DNA of 64,000 nt from Haliotis rubra (GCF_003918875.1 NW_025765003.1:4588001-4652000), one strand, 5' to 3'. Positions 1-13,105 are shown, numbered from the stretch's first letter. The notes: a model not told the origin generated them from the sequence alone. Numbers and translations are program-made.

Positions 1-100
1 CTGGATTTGGTAGTGCAAGTATGCTTGGTAATAGAACTTCAAGTAAGCATAATACAATTCATATTCTCATTTTGAATTTTTTGCTACATATTACTTTATA

Positions 101-1283
101 AACTGAGGGGCAAAAGAAACGTCCCCGATCATTTTTTTATCATAAAATGATACAAACACGTGCAATTCAATGTTGAAATGTTTTATATAATTGTTGAACA
201 TATTATGCAGACTGTCATTACAGAACAATTGAAACAATTTGCTGTAAGTAGAGTTTTTGTAACGTTTTTCACAGGAGGTTCAAATGTCCGGGTTTCGATC
301 ATGACAACACATGCACATCAGTACTGACAGAGTGTCTTTGAGTGTCCAACTCTTCAGTAGCGAGTGTGTCCACCTCTTGCAGCGATACATGCTGCCACAC
401 GACGTCGTGCAGAGTGCACAAGACGTCTGATCACGTGATCTGGGATGCGACGCCATTCTTCCTGTAGAGCTTGAGCCAAAGCAACAACGTGCTGTGCGTT
501 CGTTCCGACGTCTGTAGACTCGTACCCGACCATCAGCTTTGTTCAACTGGAAGCGGCTCTCGTCACTGAAGAGTACCCGGCGCCAGTTCCGCGGCTGCCA
601 CTGCCGATCTCTACGTGCCCAAGCCAAGCGACGACGTCGATGTTCACGCGTTAACGTCACGCCCCGGAATGGTCTGTAGGCACTGATACCGAATCGGCGG
701 AGTCGTCTGGATATGGTCCTTCTACTGACTGGATGGGTAAGGCTGGTTGTTGCTGATGACGTCACAGTCAGGAATCTGTTGCGCAAGTGAAGCACCCGTA
801 AATGGCGGTCTTCCTGAGGGGTGGTTACGGGTGGTCTCCCTGTCCTAGGCCTGTCTGCAGTCCGACCTGTTGTTCTGAAGCGTGTCATCAGTCTGGTGAT
901 GGTTTTCTTGCTGCAACCCATGATTCTTGCAACGTGACTGTGAGAAGCACCCAGCTGCAACATCCCAATAGCTCGTTCTCTCTGTTCTGCCGTGAGTCGA
1001 GGCATGTTCTTTGTGTCCAACGTATTGAAGTGATGAATTCGAACAGTCGAGCATAATTTTTATACTGTACTTTCATACGGGTATGTTTCCACCGAAGCAT
1101 GCAAAAAACGTGAATAAAAGCAATTTTCATGCTTACAAAAAACTCCACGTGGATTTCCTTTCTGTGAGACGTGGGGATGCGTTCGGGAGATGTGTTCCTA
1201 AATAAATTTCCGTCATAACGACAACAGAAGAACTGTTTTTTCAAATTTTACTTTGGGGACGTTTCTTCTTTTGCCCCTCAGTT
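101..1283 (-). mobile_element. Tc1/mariner DNA transposon, internally deleted
   Basis: TIRs aactgaggggcaaaagaaacgtcccc (101-) and ggggacgtttcttcttttgcccctcagtt (-1283), flanked by TA on both sides. Encloses a Tc1 transposase ORF. Confidence 0.92.
280..1020 (-). pseudogene. Tc1-like transposase, deleted in the DDE domain
   Basis: HTH 'MPRLTAEQRERAIGML', GRP motif and first catalytic 'VLFSDESRF'. Near 480 the sequence jumps to the C-terminal 'LQEEWRRIP...AARGGHTRY' in another frame, so the middle of the DDE domain is missing. Confidence 0.88.
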
Positions 1284-2381
1284 TATTTGCAAATCCGAAT
1301 TGAAAGGAATTGTTTGGCCTGTTGGCCCCTTTTAAGCAATAAATATAAAATTTCACAACTCATTAGCCATGTTATATTGTAAAACTACATGTTTTAATAT
1401 ACATGTACATTAAATGTACGTTAAGCTTGCATAATGTATGTGTTGTATATTCAGAATACTCTGAACGTAATCAACAACATTTCAAGGTAAAACAAGAAAA
1501 CAAAATATACAATTGCCTACATGAAATATGCACGAATAAATGTCATATATATTTCAGATTTATTAACTACTAGTAACTGCTCTCTTCTCAACTAAAATCT
1601 CCACTCTGCTAACTCAGGTGATGTATCATTATCTGTTGTTTCAGTTCAGTGCACTTCCTGGGCCATCCTATTACCTGAAAAGGGGTGATGAGGAGTTGTT
1701 GTTTTAACAGTGTGTGGTAGTATTGGGATGAGGAAGTTTTGGGATGTGGAAGTTTTGGGATATAACCGTAGCAAACGTACATCCTACGCCGCGCCATCTT
1801 AGCATCGAATCGATGCATATATTTCATCTGTTCTCATTATTGCATTGGCGCATTGATACACATCGTCATGAGTGACGTCATCGGGTTTACTGCTTACTAC
1901 TCGTAATTACTATGACCCTCCGCAAATAAATAGTTCCAAGGAAATGTTCCCAGAGTATTACAAAAGTCATGATGACAATGCAAACTAGGAAATATTAAAG
2001 AACATTTATCAACACTCGTCACAGGCGTAGGTAAATTCGACTGAAACAGGGGTAACTTATGGATGAAGTGCATCTAGGAACGCTGCCCTGGACTCGATCT
2101 CACACACATGTTTGATAACAGTTATCTCAGATTAGTGCCCCCCTCTGTGTAATAATCAATAGTAACACTCTAGACGTAACAGGGCGTTGAGGGATATTCC
2201 AACTCCAGCATACAAATGGTATTGTGTATTTATAATCCAGCTTATCAGTCACTTTCTGAACCTAATCCAGCACTGTCGATCATATCATAGATATGCGTGT
2301 TTGTTGTTTAACGCCGCAGTCGTCAATATTCCTTTTTTATTAAGGCGGCCTGTATGTAATCGAGTATGGACCAGGCAATAC

Positions 2382-2550
2382 TGACTGACTGACTGAGTTT
2401 GGTTTTACACCGCTTTCAGCAATATTCCAGCAACATCACGGCGGGGGACACCAGAAATGGGCTTCACACATTGTGCACATGTGGGGATTCGAACCCGGGT
2501 CTTCGGCGTGACGAGTCAACGCTTTAACCATTAGGCTACCCCGCCGCCCC
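2382..2550 (-). mobile_element. tRNA-derived SINE (family A) nested in an older family-B SINE (about 2300-2670)
   Basis: Reverse complement reads ggggcggcggggtagcctaatggttaaagcg...ggttcgaatcccc (A/B boxes) with a (agtc)n tail. TSD aggcaatac at about 2373 and 2554. Confidence 0.85.
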
Positions 2551-2929
2551 ACAAGGCAATACAGTGATTGACACATGCAATTGGAATAAGATAACATATA
2601 TCAGTCGGGTCTGACAACCCGACCCCGTTAGTCGCCAGTTAAAACAAGCAGTTCTAACCAGGATCTTCTCGGCACTCCTTTTACAGACATAAGTTGCCCT
2701 TATCTCTGTCCCGGCCTAGCTCAGTTACAACCTTATCAAATCATATTAGAGCTATATCCGAACTATATTCAAGCCTCATTCTACTGTAATATAGCGTGTC
2801 CTGACCATGGGGTTACAAAACCGGTGTTGATTTATCAACTATGCCCCGACTTCAGGAGACTTGAAGAGGCTTTGTATGTGTAGGGTTTTCAGTTCACGAC
2901 AGCGCCTTAATGTTAACTCTACTTCAGAT

Positions 2930-3080
2930 CTTTTAACAAGTGAGATGCGACTGACGGGATATGGTGGTCAGGCTCGCTGACTTGGTTGACACATGCCATC
3001 GGTTCCCAACTGCGTAGATCGATGCTCATGCTGTTGATGACTGGATTGTCTGGTCCAGACTCGATTATTTTCAGACCGCG
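2930..3080 (+). mobile_element. SINE family B, partial
   Basis: Matches the family-B body ggtggtcaggctcgctgacttggttgacacatg...tggtccagactcgattattt. Confidence 0.75.
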
Positions 3081-3218
3081 CGACCCAGTCTGTCTCCTAG
3101 ACCCCAATTCATTAAGAAATAAATCCTACTCGAGTCTACAGTCATTTGGCCGGTCTGGAATTAAGCAATGTTCTGATTTCCATTGGATTATGTTTAATAT
3201 TTTGTAGACATTTCTAGA

Positions 3219-3383
3219 GTGAGTAAGTGAGTGTGTTTTTACGCCGCTTTTAGCAATATTCCAGCAACATCACGGCGGGGACACGAGAAATGGGCTTCAC
3301 ACATTGTACCCATGTGGGGAATCGAACCCGAGTCTTCGGCGTGAGGAGCGGACGCTTTAACCATTAGGCTACCCCACCGCCCC
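3219..3383 (-). mobile_element. SINE family A
   Basis: Full tRNA-like head and (actc)n tail, flanked by an atttctaga/ttttctaga TSD-like repeat. Confidence 0.85.
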
Positions 3384-5054
3384 AGATATTTCTAGAACTA
3401 AATGAAAGTCAAAAGCGGTCCTACTACTAAGACCAAGGGCCCCGTTTCACAAATCATCATAGTTTTACGCCTCCCGTAATTCTAGGCCTTAATATTCCAG
3501 TGTGAAACTGGTCCCGTGTACACTTTATCAGACCCGACCAAGTACAATACGACCCAGTAGGCGTTCCATCTATCCTGTTTTCAACAAGATCAGGTTCATC
3601 GTGTTCATTCAAGTGCGGTTGAATCAGTCCCATTGCACAACAATGTCAGACGGATTTCACAACAGCGTCATTCTCTTTTTTTATCTGTCAAAATATAGGA
3701 TATCACATGACGGATGATTCTGCCGTTTAAGCAGGCAAAACACGTGTTATGCATACACTTACTGTATATGCCATCCATGTGCCGAACATGCGGAGGCGTT
3801 AAAATCCCAAACAATTCATATTTCATTAAAAACTTCTGAGGTAATCAACGTTTTTGTCTTTTTTTCGAAACAAGTACGTGATGTCTTCCCTTATGTGTCC
3901 CCCTAAGATGTAACACGGTTATAATAATCGCCAAATCCGTTTACAGGATCTGATTGATGTAAACACCAGGTGTCGGCCGTGAAGCACGTAACAACGCTAT
4001 GGAGGATGTGTCCAGGTAGGCCACTCGGCTGGACGTCGGGAAGGTCAATCAAACAACGTCGGGAAGCATATCGGACCACATGCAATCTCGGTAACATAAC
4101 ACTAGATTTCCCTGTCACATGGTTAAGAATTTTATTCTATTGTATCGTCAAAGATATCGATGTCATCGTAACGGCATGGGGTCGACTATGACTTAGTCAA
4201 ATCCATCATCATCATCATCATCATCATCATTTTAATCACTTCCACCATCACCATGATAACATATTTTTACCAACATAACATCGTAATTTCATTTTGTCTG
4301 AACAGACATTGTCTTGAATAGAAGGCACTATTCGATTTGATTCAGTTTGACAGCTGTTTAATTACATCATCTTTACACAAAGTACATCGAACAAGGTTCA
4401 GCAGATCAGAGCACATGGTTCAGATGAATGGCACGGGTCACAACAATAAGTAGGACTAGGAATCGACATAAAACGGAAAAAGAACATTAAAACGAAATGG
4501 GATTTTAAATTATCCACGAAACTCGGGAACAATTCCTGACACTTTAGGACAGACATACTTATCATTATCGACGGAAAGGTGTCCAACCATTTCTTGGTCA
4601 GAAGCTATCAATATATTGAGTGCCGATAATGAAAGCGGTACAATATATACAATACATACAAGTAATGAAATATGTTTAACAATATATGTATTTCGAAGGT
4701 AATAGCATTATCAAGTGGTACATGGAAAGGTTTTTTGACATATACTCACGTACATAAGAAAGTACACACCTGGTGTTTTGAGACTATTCCCAATAGAACC
4801 ATAAATATTTTGCTAGCAATGTTGTAATTGGGTACCATATCTGTGGTGTTTTGGAAACACTTGCACAATGTTTGTGACAAGGCAGAATCAAAACACAATG
4901 TTGTTTTCAAGAAAATATTTTACCAAAGAATCAGGTGTGTACTTTCTTTTGAACGTCTGTTTAGTTCATATGACGTCCCCATTAGATGTCAGTGAGCCAT
5001 TAAAACTGGTTTCTGGGGCAAGCATCTCTACAGTTGGTGAGTCAATAATGTTTT

Positions 5055-5293
5055 GTTGGTTTGTTGTTTAACGCCGCACTGAGCAATATTCGAGCTACAT
5101 GGCGGCGGTCTGTAAATAATCAAGTCTGGATCAGACAACCCAGTGATCAACAACATGAGCATCGATCAAGGCAATTGGGATACGATGGCATGTGTCAACC
5201 AAGTCAGCGACCCTGACCACCATATCCCGTTAGTAGCCCCTTACGACAAGCATGGGTTACTGAAGACCAATTCTAACGCGGACCTTCTCGGGT
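5055..5293 (-). mobile_element. SINE family B, full length
   Basis: Matches the family-B consensus over about 240 bp. Confidence 0.85.
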
Positions 5294-5669
5294 TGAGACC
5301 AAAGAAATGCAGGTGCTAGACGTGTCATAACCCACGAGCAGAGACAAATCAAGCATCATAATAGAGAATAGAATACGATATTCTATCCTACGATCATAGG
5401 ATTCGGGCACGCCTAAGATAATCAAATCTGTATCAGAGAGAGCATGAGAACTTGATGACTCAAATTCCGGAATTAATAGAGTGATTTCTCCGACCTAATC
5501 TATATTATGGTTGATATATAATTTCTCTCTCATTTAACGTAATAAAATATAGCTGCATCAGCTGTCAGCTACAACAGCAACAGTACGTCGTCACCTACAA
5601 TAGCAATATTGTATGTACTATTGTGGTCGTTGACCTAATACAACACGCTGTCTATCTCTCATAATGGTT

Positions 5670-5838
5670 GGGGCGGTGGGGTAGCCTAATGGTTAAAGCG
5701 TCCGCTCCTCACGCCGAAGACCAAGGTTCGATTCCCCACATGGGTACAATATGTGAAGCCCATTCCGGTGTCCCCCCGCCCTGATATTGCTGGAAAATTG
5801 CTAAAAGCGGCGTAAAACTTGACTCAATCACTCACTTA
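5670..5838 (+). mobile_element. SINE family A
   Basis: ggggcggtggggtagcctaatggttaaagcg...ggttcgattcccc...gcggcgtaaaact(cact)n. TSD ctcataatggtt on both sides. Confidence 0.88.
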
Positions 5839-6318
5839 CTCATAATGGTTTAATCACGGCGAATTCCTGAACTGTCCACAAAGCAGTAACAAGGCTCTCA
5901 AATTACCACTATGTGTTCAGCTCGTTATGTGGGACAGGGTACCCGATTTTGAATGAACCCGGACAAGCAGTTCATTAAAGGTACTCACACTAGGCTTACT
6001 AATGGTTTATGGTACGTGACACCTCCACTTCCTGGAGCATACAATGTGTCATTTGTGATAAGATCTTTGTGGTCGAATTAAAGGTGATTTATGTTAAATT
6101 GCCATGCACTCTTATTAGTCTAGGCATTGGACAGTGTCGTGTGTGGAATTGAGACATTGACTCAGTTGACTCCTAATTTGAGTTGAGATCAACCGTTAAA
6201 TATGAGTAATAGATAAAGACAAACATGTTAGGCCTGTTAGCGTTCCCGGATGAACGATCTCTTCTAACGTGCTCCTAGCACATCAGACTTTACACGAACG
6301 TGATGTTAGCGAGAACAG

Positions 6319-6564
6319 ACCCGTGAAGATCCGGGTTAGAATTGATCCTCAGTAACCCATGCTTGTCGTGAGAGGCGACTAACGGGATCGGGTGGTCAGG
6401 CTGGCTGATTTGGTTGATACATGTCATCGTATCCCAATTGCGTAGATCGATGCTCATGTTGTTGATCACAGGATTGTCTGGTCCAGACTCGATTATTTAC
6501 AGCCCGCCGCCATATAGCTAGAATATTGCTGAGTGCAGCGTAAACCTAAACTCACCCACTCACT
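6319..6564 (+). mobile_element. SINE family B, full length
   Basis: acccgtgaagatccgggttagaattg...gtcgtgagaggcgactaacggg...gcagcgtaaac(cact)n. No tRNA A/B box head is recognisable. Confidence 0.88.
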
Positions 6565-7164
6565 AATGAGAAATAGATGGGGAGGGCTGGAGGGGGAGAG
6601 AGCGAGATGGGTGGAGGTAGTTGGGATGTGGGGAGAGAGACATTAATTATAACAAATTTGATACATTATCCTTATTCGGGTCCTTCTACTGAGATACACA
6701 GTTAGTTTGGGATACAGATATAAACTTCGCCAGTTACGATAAAATCGAGACAATTACAGAGTCGCTATTATCATCATCATCGTCGTCGTGGTCGTCATCA
6801 TCATCATCATCACCATCATCATTGGAAGTAGTAGTAGCGTTTTCTTACTATACAAGGTATTAGTCTTCTTAATTACGACCTTAATGATAATTACAACCCT
6901 AGCCTATAATTATTGCAACATTAAACCATACGATATACATACATCTTGAGGTCATGACGGAATTGCCATGTCATATATCACGAAAGCTGTCACGAAACAA
7001 TGTTACAATAATCTAATTGTATTTAATAGAAAGATAAACAAGTTTTAGTGCATACAACATTGCCTATTGTATGGTGATCTGAAGATGGTGAGGTCAGTGT
7101 TCACAAACACTGCATATCATTAATATATAATTAATGCATATAATTCTTGAAACAGTAACCAAAT

Positions 7165-7375
7165 AGTGATTCACATACTGCTTCATTGGAGATTCACATA
7201 CTGATTCATATAATGATTCAAAATTATTCATATAGTGATTCACATACTGATTCATATAGTGATTCATACAATGATTCATATTCTAATTCATATGATTATT
7301 CATGTAGTGATTCACATACTAATTTATATAGTGATTTACACCTTAATTCATATAGTGATTCACATAGTGATTAAC
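7165..7375. repeat. 12-bp minisatellite (gattcatatagt)n
   Basis: Directly visible tandem units; they generate the low-complexity ORFs at 7094-7429. Confidence 0.9.
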
Positions 7376-8030
7376 ATAGTGACTCAGTCACTATATCTCA
7401 AGTTGTTATGTAAGAACAATAATGTATAAGGTCACCTACCTACCTATATCAACAGCGTAAATTTCTCCCCATCCAGAGCGTAGCGCGTCAATCCAGGTAA
7501 GGTTGAACCTTTGAAGAGAGCGCGAATCAAATCAACAGGTAAGTACGTTTGCTACGGCTCCACGCGGAAGAGTTGAGAATCCGCTCAGCAATAATCTCGA
7601 GTCCAGTCTAAACTGGAGTGTTTTTATGTACACAGGTGCTTTCAGTGATGGGGTTACGCTATTTATGTTTGGGGATAAATCAGTTTTGATCTTACTTGGA
7701 ATGCTAATACATGTCACGAGATGTTCCACTTGTTCTGTTGTGAACAGTGTGAGACTCGTTTATTTGTGCTGTGGTAATTCATTGGTTAAAATAGCAGTGT
7801 TGGAGCTTTAGGTTAGTTTAGATGGTAACATTACTGATGACTGTAGGGGCTGCTGTGATAGTAACAACACCAGTAATGACAGTTCGGTAGTAGTCATAGT
7901 AACACCGTTAGTAGTTTGACTAGCTGGATTAGAAACGGAATTAGAAGTCAGGTAAGCCGTGGTAGTAAGATCATTACTAGGTTGGCTTGCTGATAAAAAA
8001 CGACATTAGCAGTTCAGTATACCGTGACAG

Positions 8031-8200
8031 TGAGTGAGTTTTGTTTTACGCCGCACTCAGCAATATTCAGCTATGTGGCGGCGGTCTGTAAATAATCGAG
8101 TCTGGACCAGACAATCCAGTGATCAACAGCATGAGCATCGCAGTTAGGATACAATAACATGTGTCAACCTAGCCAGCGAGCCTGACCACTCGATACGCAA
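8031..8200 (-). mobile_element. SINE family B, 5'-truncated
   Basis: Matches the 3' half of family B. Confidence 0.78.
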
Positions 8201-8959
8201 TTTGGGTACTAGTGAATATACGATCAGAACACGTGCAACTGATACGTAATGGCATCATATATTATAAATCTCAATGAAAACTGAACGCGCAAGACTGGTA
8301 CGTTGTTCTGCGGTTCAAATTGTTTCTCAGCTGGATAGACTTAGTGAGGAAATTCATGTTGAAATAAATAAATCAATAACGTCCCGGTACACCAACAAAC
8401 ACATTTACAATATTTATTTATTTTTCTATTCATCATTTCACTGACAGATACTAGATATGGTCTCATCCGGGTTCAGTGACCTTTGAATTCCTTACCCGTA
8501 AGTTCTATGAAGAATATCATTAGCCGCGCCCCGAATGCAAATATCTGCAACCGCAGGGGCGGATAGATATGCTCGTCCGGGGCCGACAAAAGAAAGCGGT
8601 TGATATCGCGTGTTTACGTTTATACCAGGAAGTTAGCCTGGTCAGACAGTTTAACAATGTTTCTTACATCAGAGATGCGAGTCTGGTCACGAGGGAGATG
8701 AAGGTATGAAGTATATTTGTCCTTAATTGTACATTATCGAGTGTTGTTTGATGTATGTATGGTGGTTGTGTAGACAGGTATGTTAATCCAGGCAGTTATT
8801 CGGCGGATTAAGAAACTCACTATTGGTAGTCATTGTTTTAATGGCTTTTTAATTAATAAATATGCAGTTGTCTTTGATTAGTTTTTAACTATTATGTAGT
8901 ATTTCATGTAATAAACCAATCAGTTCAGTATTCCGTGTCGGAGTGTGAATTGTTGATTC

Positions 8960-9815
8960 TTTGATTTACTCGAGATAGTGAATTGTGGGTTTTGAGTATA
9001 CTCGAGGTAGTGAATTGTGGGTTTTGAGTATACTCGAGGTAGTGAATTGTGGGTTTTGAGTATACTCGAGATAGTGAATTGTGGGGTTTGAGTATACTCG
9101 AGATAGTGAATTGTGGGTTTTGAGTGAATTGTACTTTGAGTATACTCGAGATAGATTTTGAGTATAATAGTGGTATTGTGGGGTTTGAGTATACTCGAGC
9201 TAGTGAATTGTTGATTTTTGAGTATACTCGAGATAGTGAATTGTGGGTTTTGAGTATACTCGAGATAGGGAATTGTGGGGTTTGAGTATACTCGAGGTAG
9301 TGAATGGTTGATTGTTCGGTATACTTGTAGTAGTTGGGTATTCTGATTGTTGGGTATACTCGAGCTTGTTCATGGTTGATTGTTGGGAATACTCGAGATA
9401 GTGAAATTGTGGAGATAGTTTGAGTATACTCGAGATAGTGAATTGTGGGTTTGAGTATACTCGAGAGATAGTGAATTGTGGGTTTTGAGTATACTCGAGA
9501 TAGTGAATTGTGGGTTTTGAGTATACTCGAGATAGGGAATTGTGGGTTTGAGTATACTCGAGGTAGTGAATGATTGATTGTTCGGTATACTTGTAGTAGT
9601 TTGGTATTCTGATTGTTGGGTATACTCGAGCTTGTTCATGGTTGATTGTTGGGAATACTCGAGATAGTGAATTGTTGATAAAGTCCGTTGCTCAACAAAT
9701 ATACTGACTGAGTGACTGAGTGCGGGTTATACGCCGCGAGGTAGTGAATGGTTATTGCGGTATTCCAGTAGTTGGGTATTCTGATTGTTGGGAATACTCG
9801 AGATAGTGAATGATT
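8960..9815. repeat. ~33-bp minisatellite gagtatactcgagatagtgaattgtgggtttt, decaying to about 10680
   Basis: Many tandem copies with the palindromic core gagtatactc. Higher-order duplication 9290-9410 vs 9555-9670. Confidence 0.88.
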
Positions 9816-11658
9816 GATACAGTCAATATGCTCATTCAAATGAATAGTTGATGGTTGAGAGTATACTTAACGGGTGAATGGTTGATAGTTGAGTAGACTT
9901 CTCAGTGACAAAGATAGTTGCATTTGAGAAAGTTGGCCCAACGTTGGCAATGGTTTTGCCAACATTGCCAACGTTGGGCCAACGTCCAAATGCTATCTGG
10001 GGAACTGTTGATATAGTCAGTATACTCCACGGGTAAATGGTTGATGATTGAATAGACCCGAGGTAATGAGTGGTTGATGGAGTCAGTATATCTTAGTCGA
10101 AAGGAAGAATGATTGATGGTTCAGTGTAGTCCACTGCAGCGAATAGGTCAAGGTTCGACATATCCGGAGTTACTTTCTGAGTATGAACAGTTGACTGTTT
10201 GATATAGTCGAGTGAGTGAGTATGGTTTTACGCCGCTTTTAGCAAAATTCCAGCAATATCACGGCGGGGGACACCAGAAATGAGCTTCACACATTGTACC
10301 CATGTGGGGATTGATATAGTCGAAATAGTGGTAGTGAATGGTTGAATTTTTGGGTTGGCTGTACGCAATGGTTGAATTACTGATGATTCAGTATACTCTC
10401 TGTCTGAATTGTGTGGTTCAGTATACTTGAGGGCGAAAGGTTGATGATTCAAAATACTCCAGGACGTGAATGGTTGGTTATACTCAATGGTTCAATGGTT
10501 GACAGTTGAATGGATGATGGCGCAGTATACGGGGTGAATGGTTCAGTATACTACAGAGGGTGTATACGTGATCATTCAGTATACGCGAGAGGTGATTGAT
10601 TGAGTTATCTATTCATTTGTATTTCTGTCTCAGTCGTAGGTACATATGTGTACCTATAATTGGTGGTTCAGTAAGCTCAAGTGGTTAATGCATGGTTCAT
10701 TGGATCTGTAAACAAACCACACTTGTTCCCGAATTTTTTGGGAATATGGTGCTCAATTACAATGTTTATTGGAAGTTTTGTTATGTACATTGTCAGATCC
10801 TTTGGGGACTTAACACACAATGCCATTTAGAAAGTGTTCAAATGAATCATTAGATAAACAAATGTTTAGGCGGAGGAATTAGGACTGGATCATCTTTTTT
10901 TCTACCCTCATAGACATACCTATGTCTCGAATACATCGATAAGTCGAATTTATTACTTGGTCCCCAGAGATTCGACTCATCGGGATTTGACTGTATGTTA
11001 TTACTGAAAGGCAAAAGAAACGTCGTAATATTGGAAATGACATTTAAGTATCAATGGAACATTTGAACCTATTTTTTTTAAATAATACGCCACTGAAATG
11101 CAGTACCGACTTTCATCAGAGAAGATAACCCCTCTCCATTGTCCCCCCCACGACAGTTTTGCCGCTGTTGTGTCCACTTGGATACGTTCCCGGCGGTGAC
11201 GTTGGGTGAATATGGGTCTCCTGGCAGGACATCGACAAAACAGGTTCCTGGCTTGGAGACGTCGCCGAATGGTAGGTCACTGACTGGTCGCTGGTGAGTT
11301 CCTATGGTCACCCAAGCTGTTTCTCTGGCCCTTGCGAATAGGTCTTGCACGTGTTGATGGACGATATGACGGTCCTGGCGACGTGTTGTTACACGGGGTT
11401 GACCACTACGTGGACGGTCATCAGTGCTGCTGGTGGCGTTGTATCGCACTCTAAAGCCTTGTTTACATGCACCACTTTTACCCCCATGGGTATTTTGCCC
11501 CTGGGGGTAAATTTACCCGCAGGGGGCAAATGGCAAAATTGTGCCTGCGTTTACATGGTGGGAGGTATTGATATTTCTTGTCACTTCTCTATAACCATGG
11601 ATGAATATACTAGACGTTTGTCCAAATCTAGAAAACGGAAGAGATTCGTCCAAACTTT

Positions 11659-12300
11659 GTGCGTGGGTTCATCACTAGAGAACCCCTTGTTTTGGAAAAG
11701 GAAAGGAGTAGATATTGGTGGGAAGTAACTGTAACACGTTTTGATGAAACTCAGTGTAAAGAAAACGTCAGAATGTCAAGGGACTTGTTCCAGCGCCTCT
11801 GTGAAAAGTTCCATCTTCACATTCAAAAAGATTCGAGTAGCAGTGGCAATATACTACTTGGCCACAACAGTAGAATATCGCATTGTTGGTCATCTGTTTG
11901 GGATTCACAGGTCAACAGTTTCTTGTGTAGTACATGAAGTGTGTTATGCCACTTGTACACACGTGTTTCCAGATGTTGTGAAGGTCCTATAGGCGAGGAA
12001 AGCTTCAAAGCTTACAACAGGCTGGAAGGAAAGAGTGGGTACATGCCTGTCGTCATCATTGCACATTCGGCCTGTCACATGTCTCACTAGCTCTTAACAC
12101 TTTACGGCAACGGAGAACCCAATCAGATGAGAAGTCATACTTCAACTTCCGCTTCAGCAGTGCCCGGATGGTCATTGAAATACATTTGGACGCTTCAAAG
12201 GAAGATGTAGGCGCATAACATGTGTGAATCAGACCACATGTTCAACCCTGACTGGCTGGATGAGGTTTAGATACGTGATGGCGACCAAGGACCACACGGT
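11659..12300 (+). pseudogene. HARBI1-like transposase fragments
   Basis: Motifs 'ENVRMSRDLFQRLCEK', 'VAVAIYYLATTVEYRIVGHLFGIHRSTVSCVVHEVC' and 'FNFRFSSARMVIEIHLDASK' are spread over shifted frames. Confidence 0.8.
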
Positions 12301-12379
12301 CAAGTTGATATCACTGGACAAGAATGTTGGACATTGGATGGATGATGGATTGGCATATGGTGTTCATGATGAACTGTAG

Positions 12380-13105
12380 CATACGCAATTGGTGTTCTCT
12401 GTCAGAAGCTTTCTGTCTTTCTCTTTTATCCAGTTTCCTAAGTGCAAGCTCTCTATTTTCTTTCTCTCGTCATTTTTCTCATTTCCAGCTCAATTTGTTT
12501 CTTTTCCAACTCAATCTGCCTTGTTTCAATATCTTCATTAGGTTTAGCAAACTAGTCCATGACAGTTTTCAAAGTTGTTTGCAGTTTGGGTTTTCTTTGT
12601 TTTCCTTTTTGTTTGTTTTCATATGACCATTTTGTTGGCCATTTTTAACACATTCATAATCTCCTGGCTCAGCAAGTTCGACATCATCAGCAATGTTGTC
12701 GGTAACATGATCATCAGTAACTTCAAGATCAGATATGTCTGTATCTGATGCAACTGACTGCTGGAGACTTTGAATGCCCTTTCCAGGTGATGTCGCAAAA
12801 TTTCATTTAGCTGTTCATAAAATGTGCAGAGTTTTCGGGGCTGTCCACTCCTCTTAACTGAATCCCTACACTGTCCATATGATTTTTAAGTGTTTTCGTT
12901 CGTTCTGTGCATTGTATGGCCGTTTTCTCAAAGCCCAGTTCATGCATTACTTTGTTCACCTTTGAATAAACAGCTGTATCAGCTTTTGAGGGGCTGTCCA
13001 GAAGGGACTGGATGGGCATGTCTCCGCAGATACTAAGCAGACCCTTTGTCTCATCATCTGTCCAGGCTTAACCACGTCGTAAACGCTTGTTTATCGGAGG
13101 CATGT
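12380..13105 (-). pseudogene. Harbinger Myb/SANT-like (trihelix) DNA-binding protein relic
   Basis: 'WTDDETKGLLSI...VYSKVNKVMHELGFEKTAIQCTERTKTLK' followed by an acidic linker and a coiled-coil-like region; contains stops and frameshifts. Confidence 0.75.

Noticed and set aside
5670-5745. tRNA gene (and the similar heads of other family-A copies, and 13935-13995)
   Set aside because: The tRNA-like head runs into a SINE body and tail with TSDs and occurs in many diverged copies; it is not a standalone tRNA.
8445-8705. GC-richer AG/GT-bounded segment, possible exon
   Set aside because: The frames I translated contain stops and show no recognisable homology.
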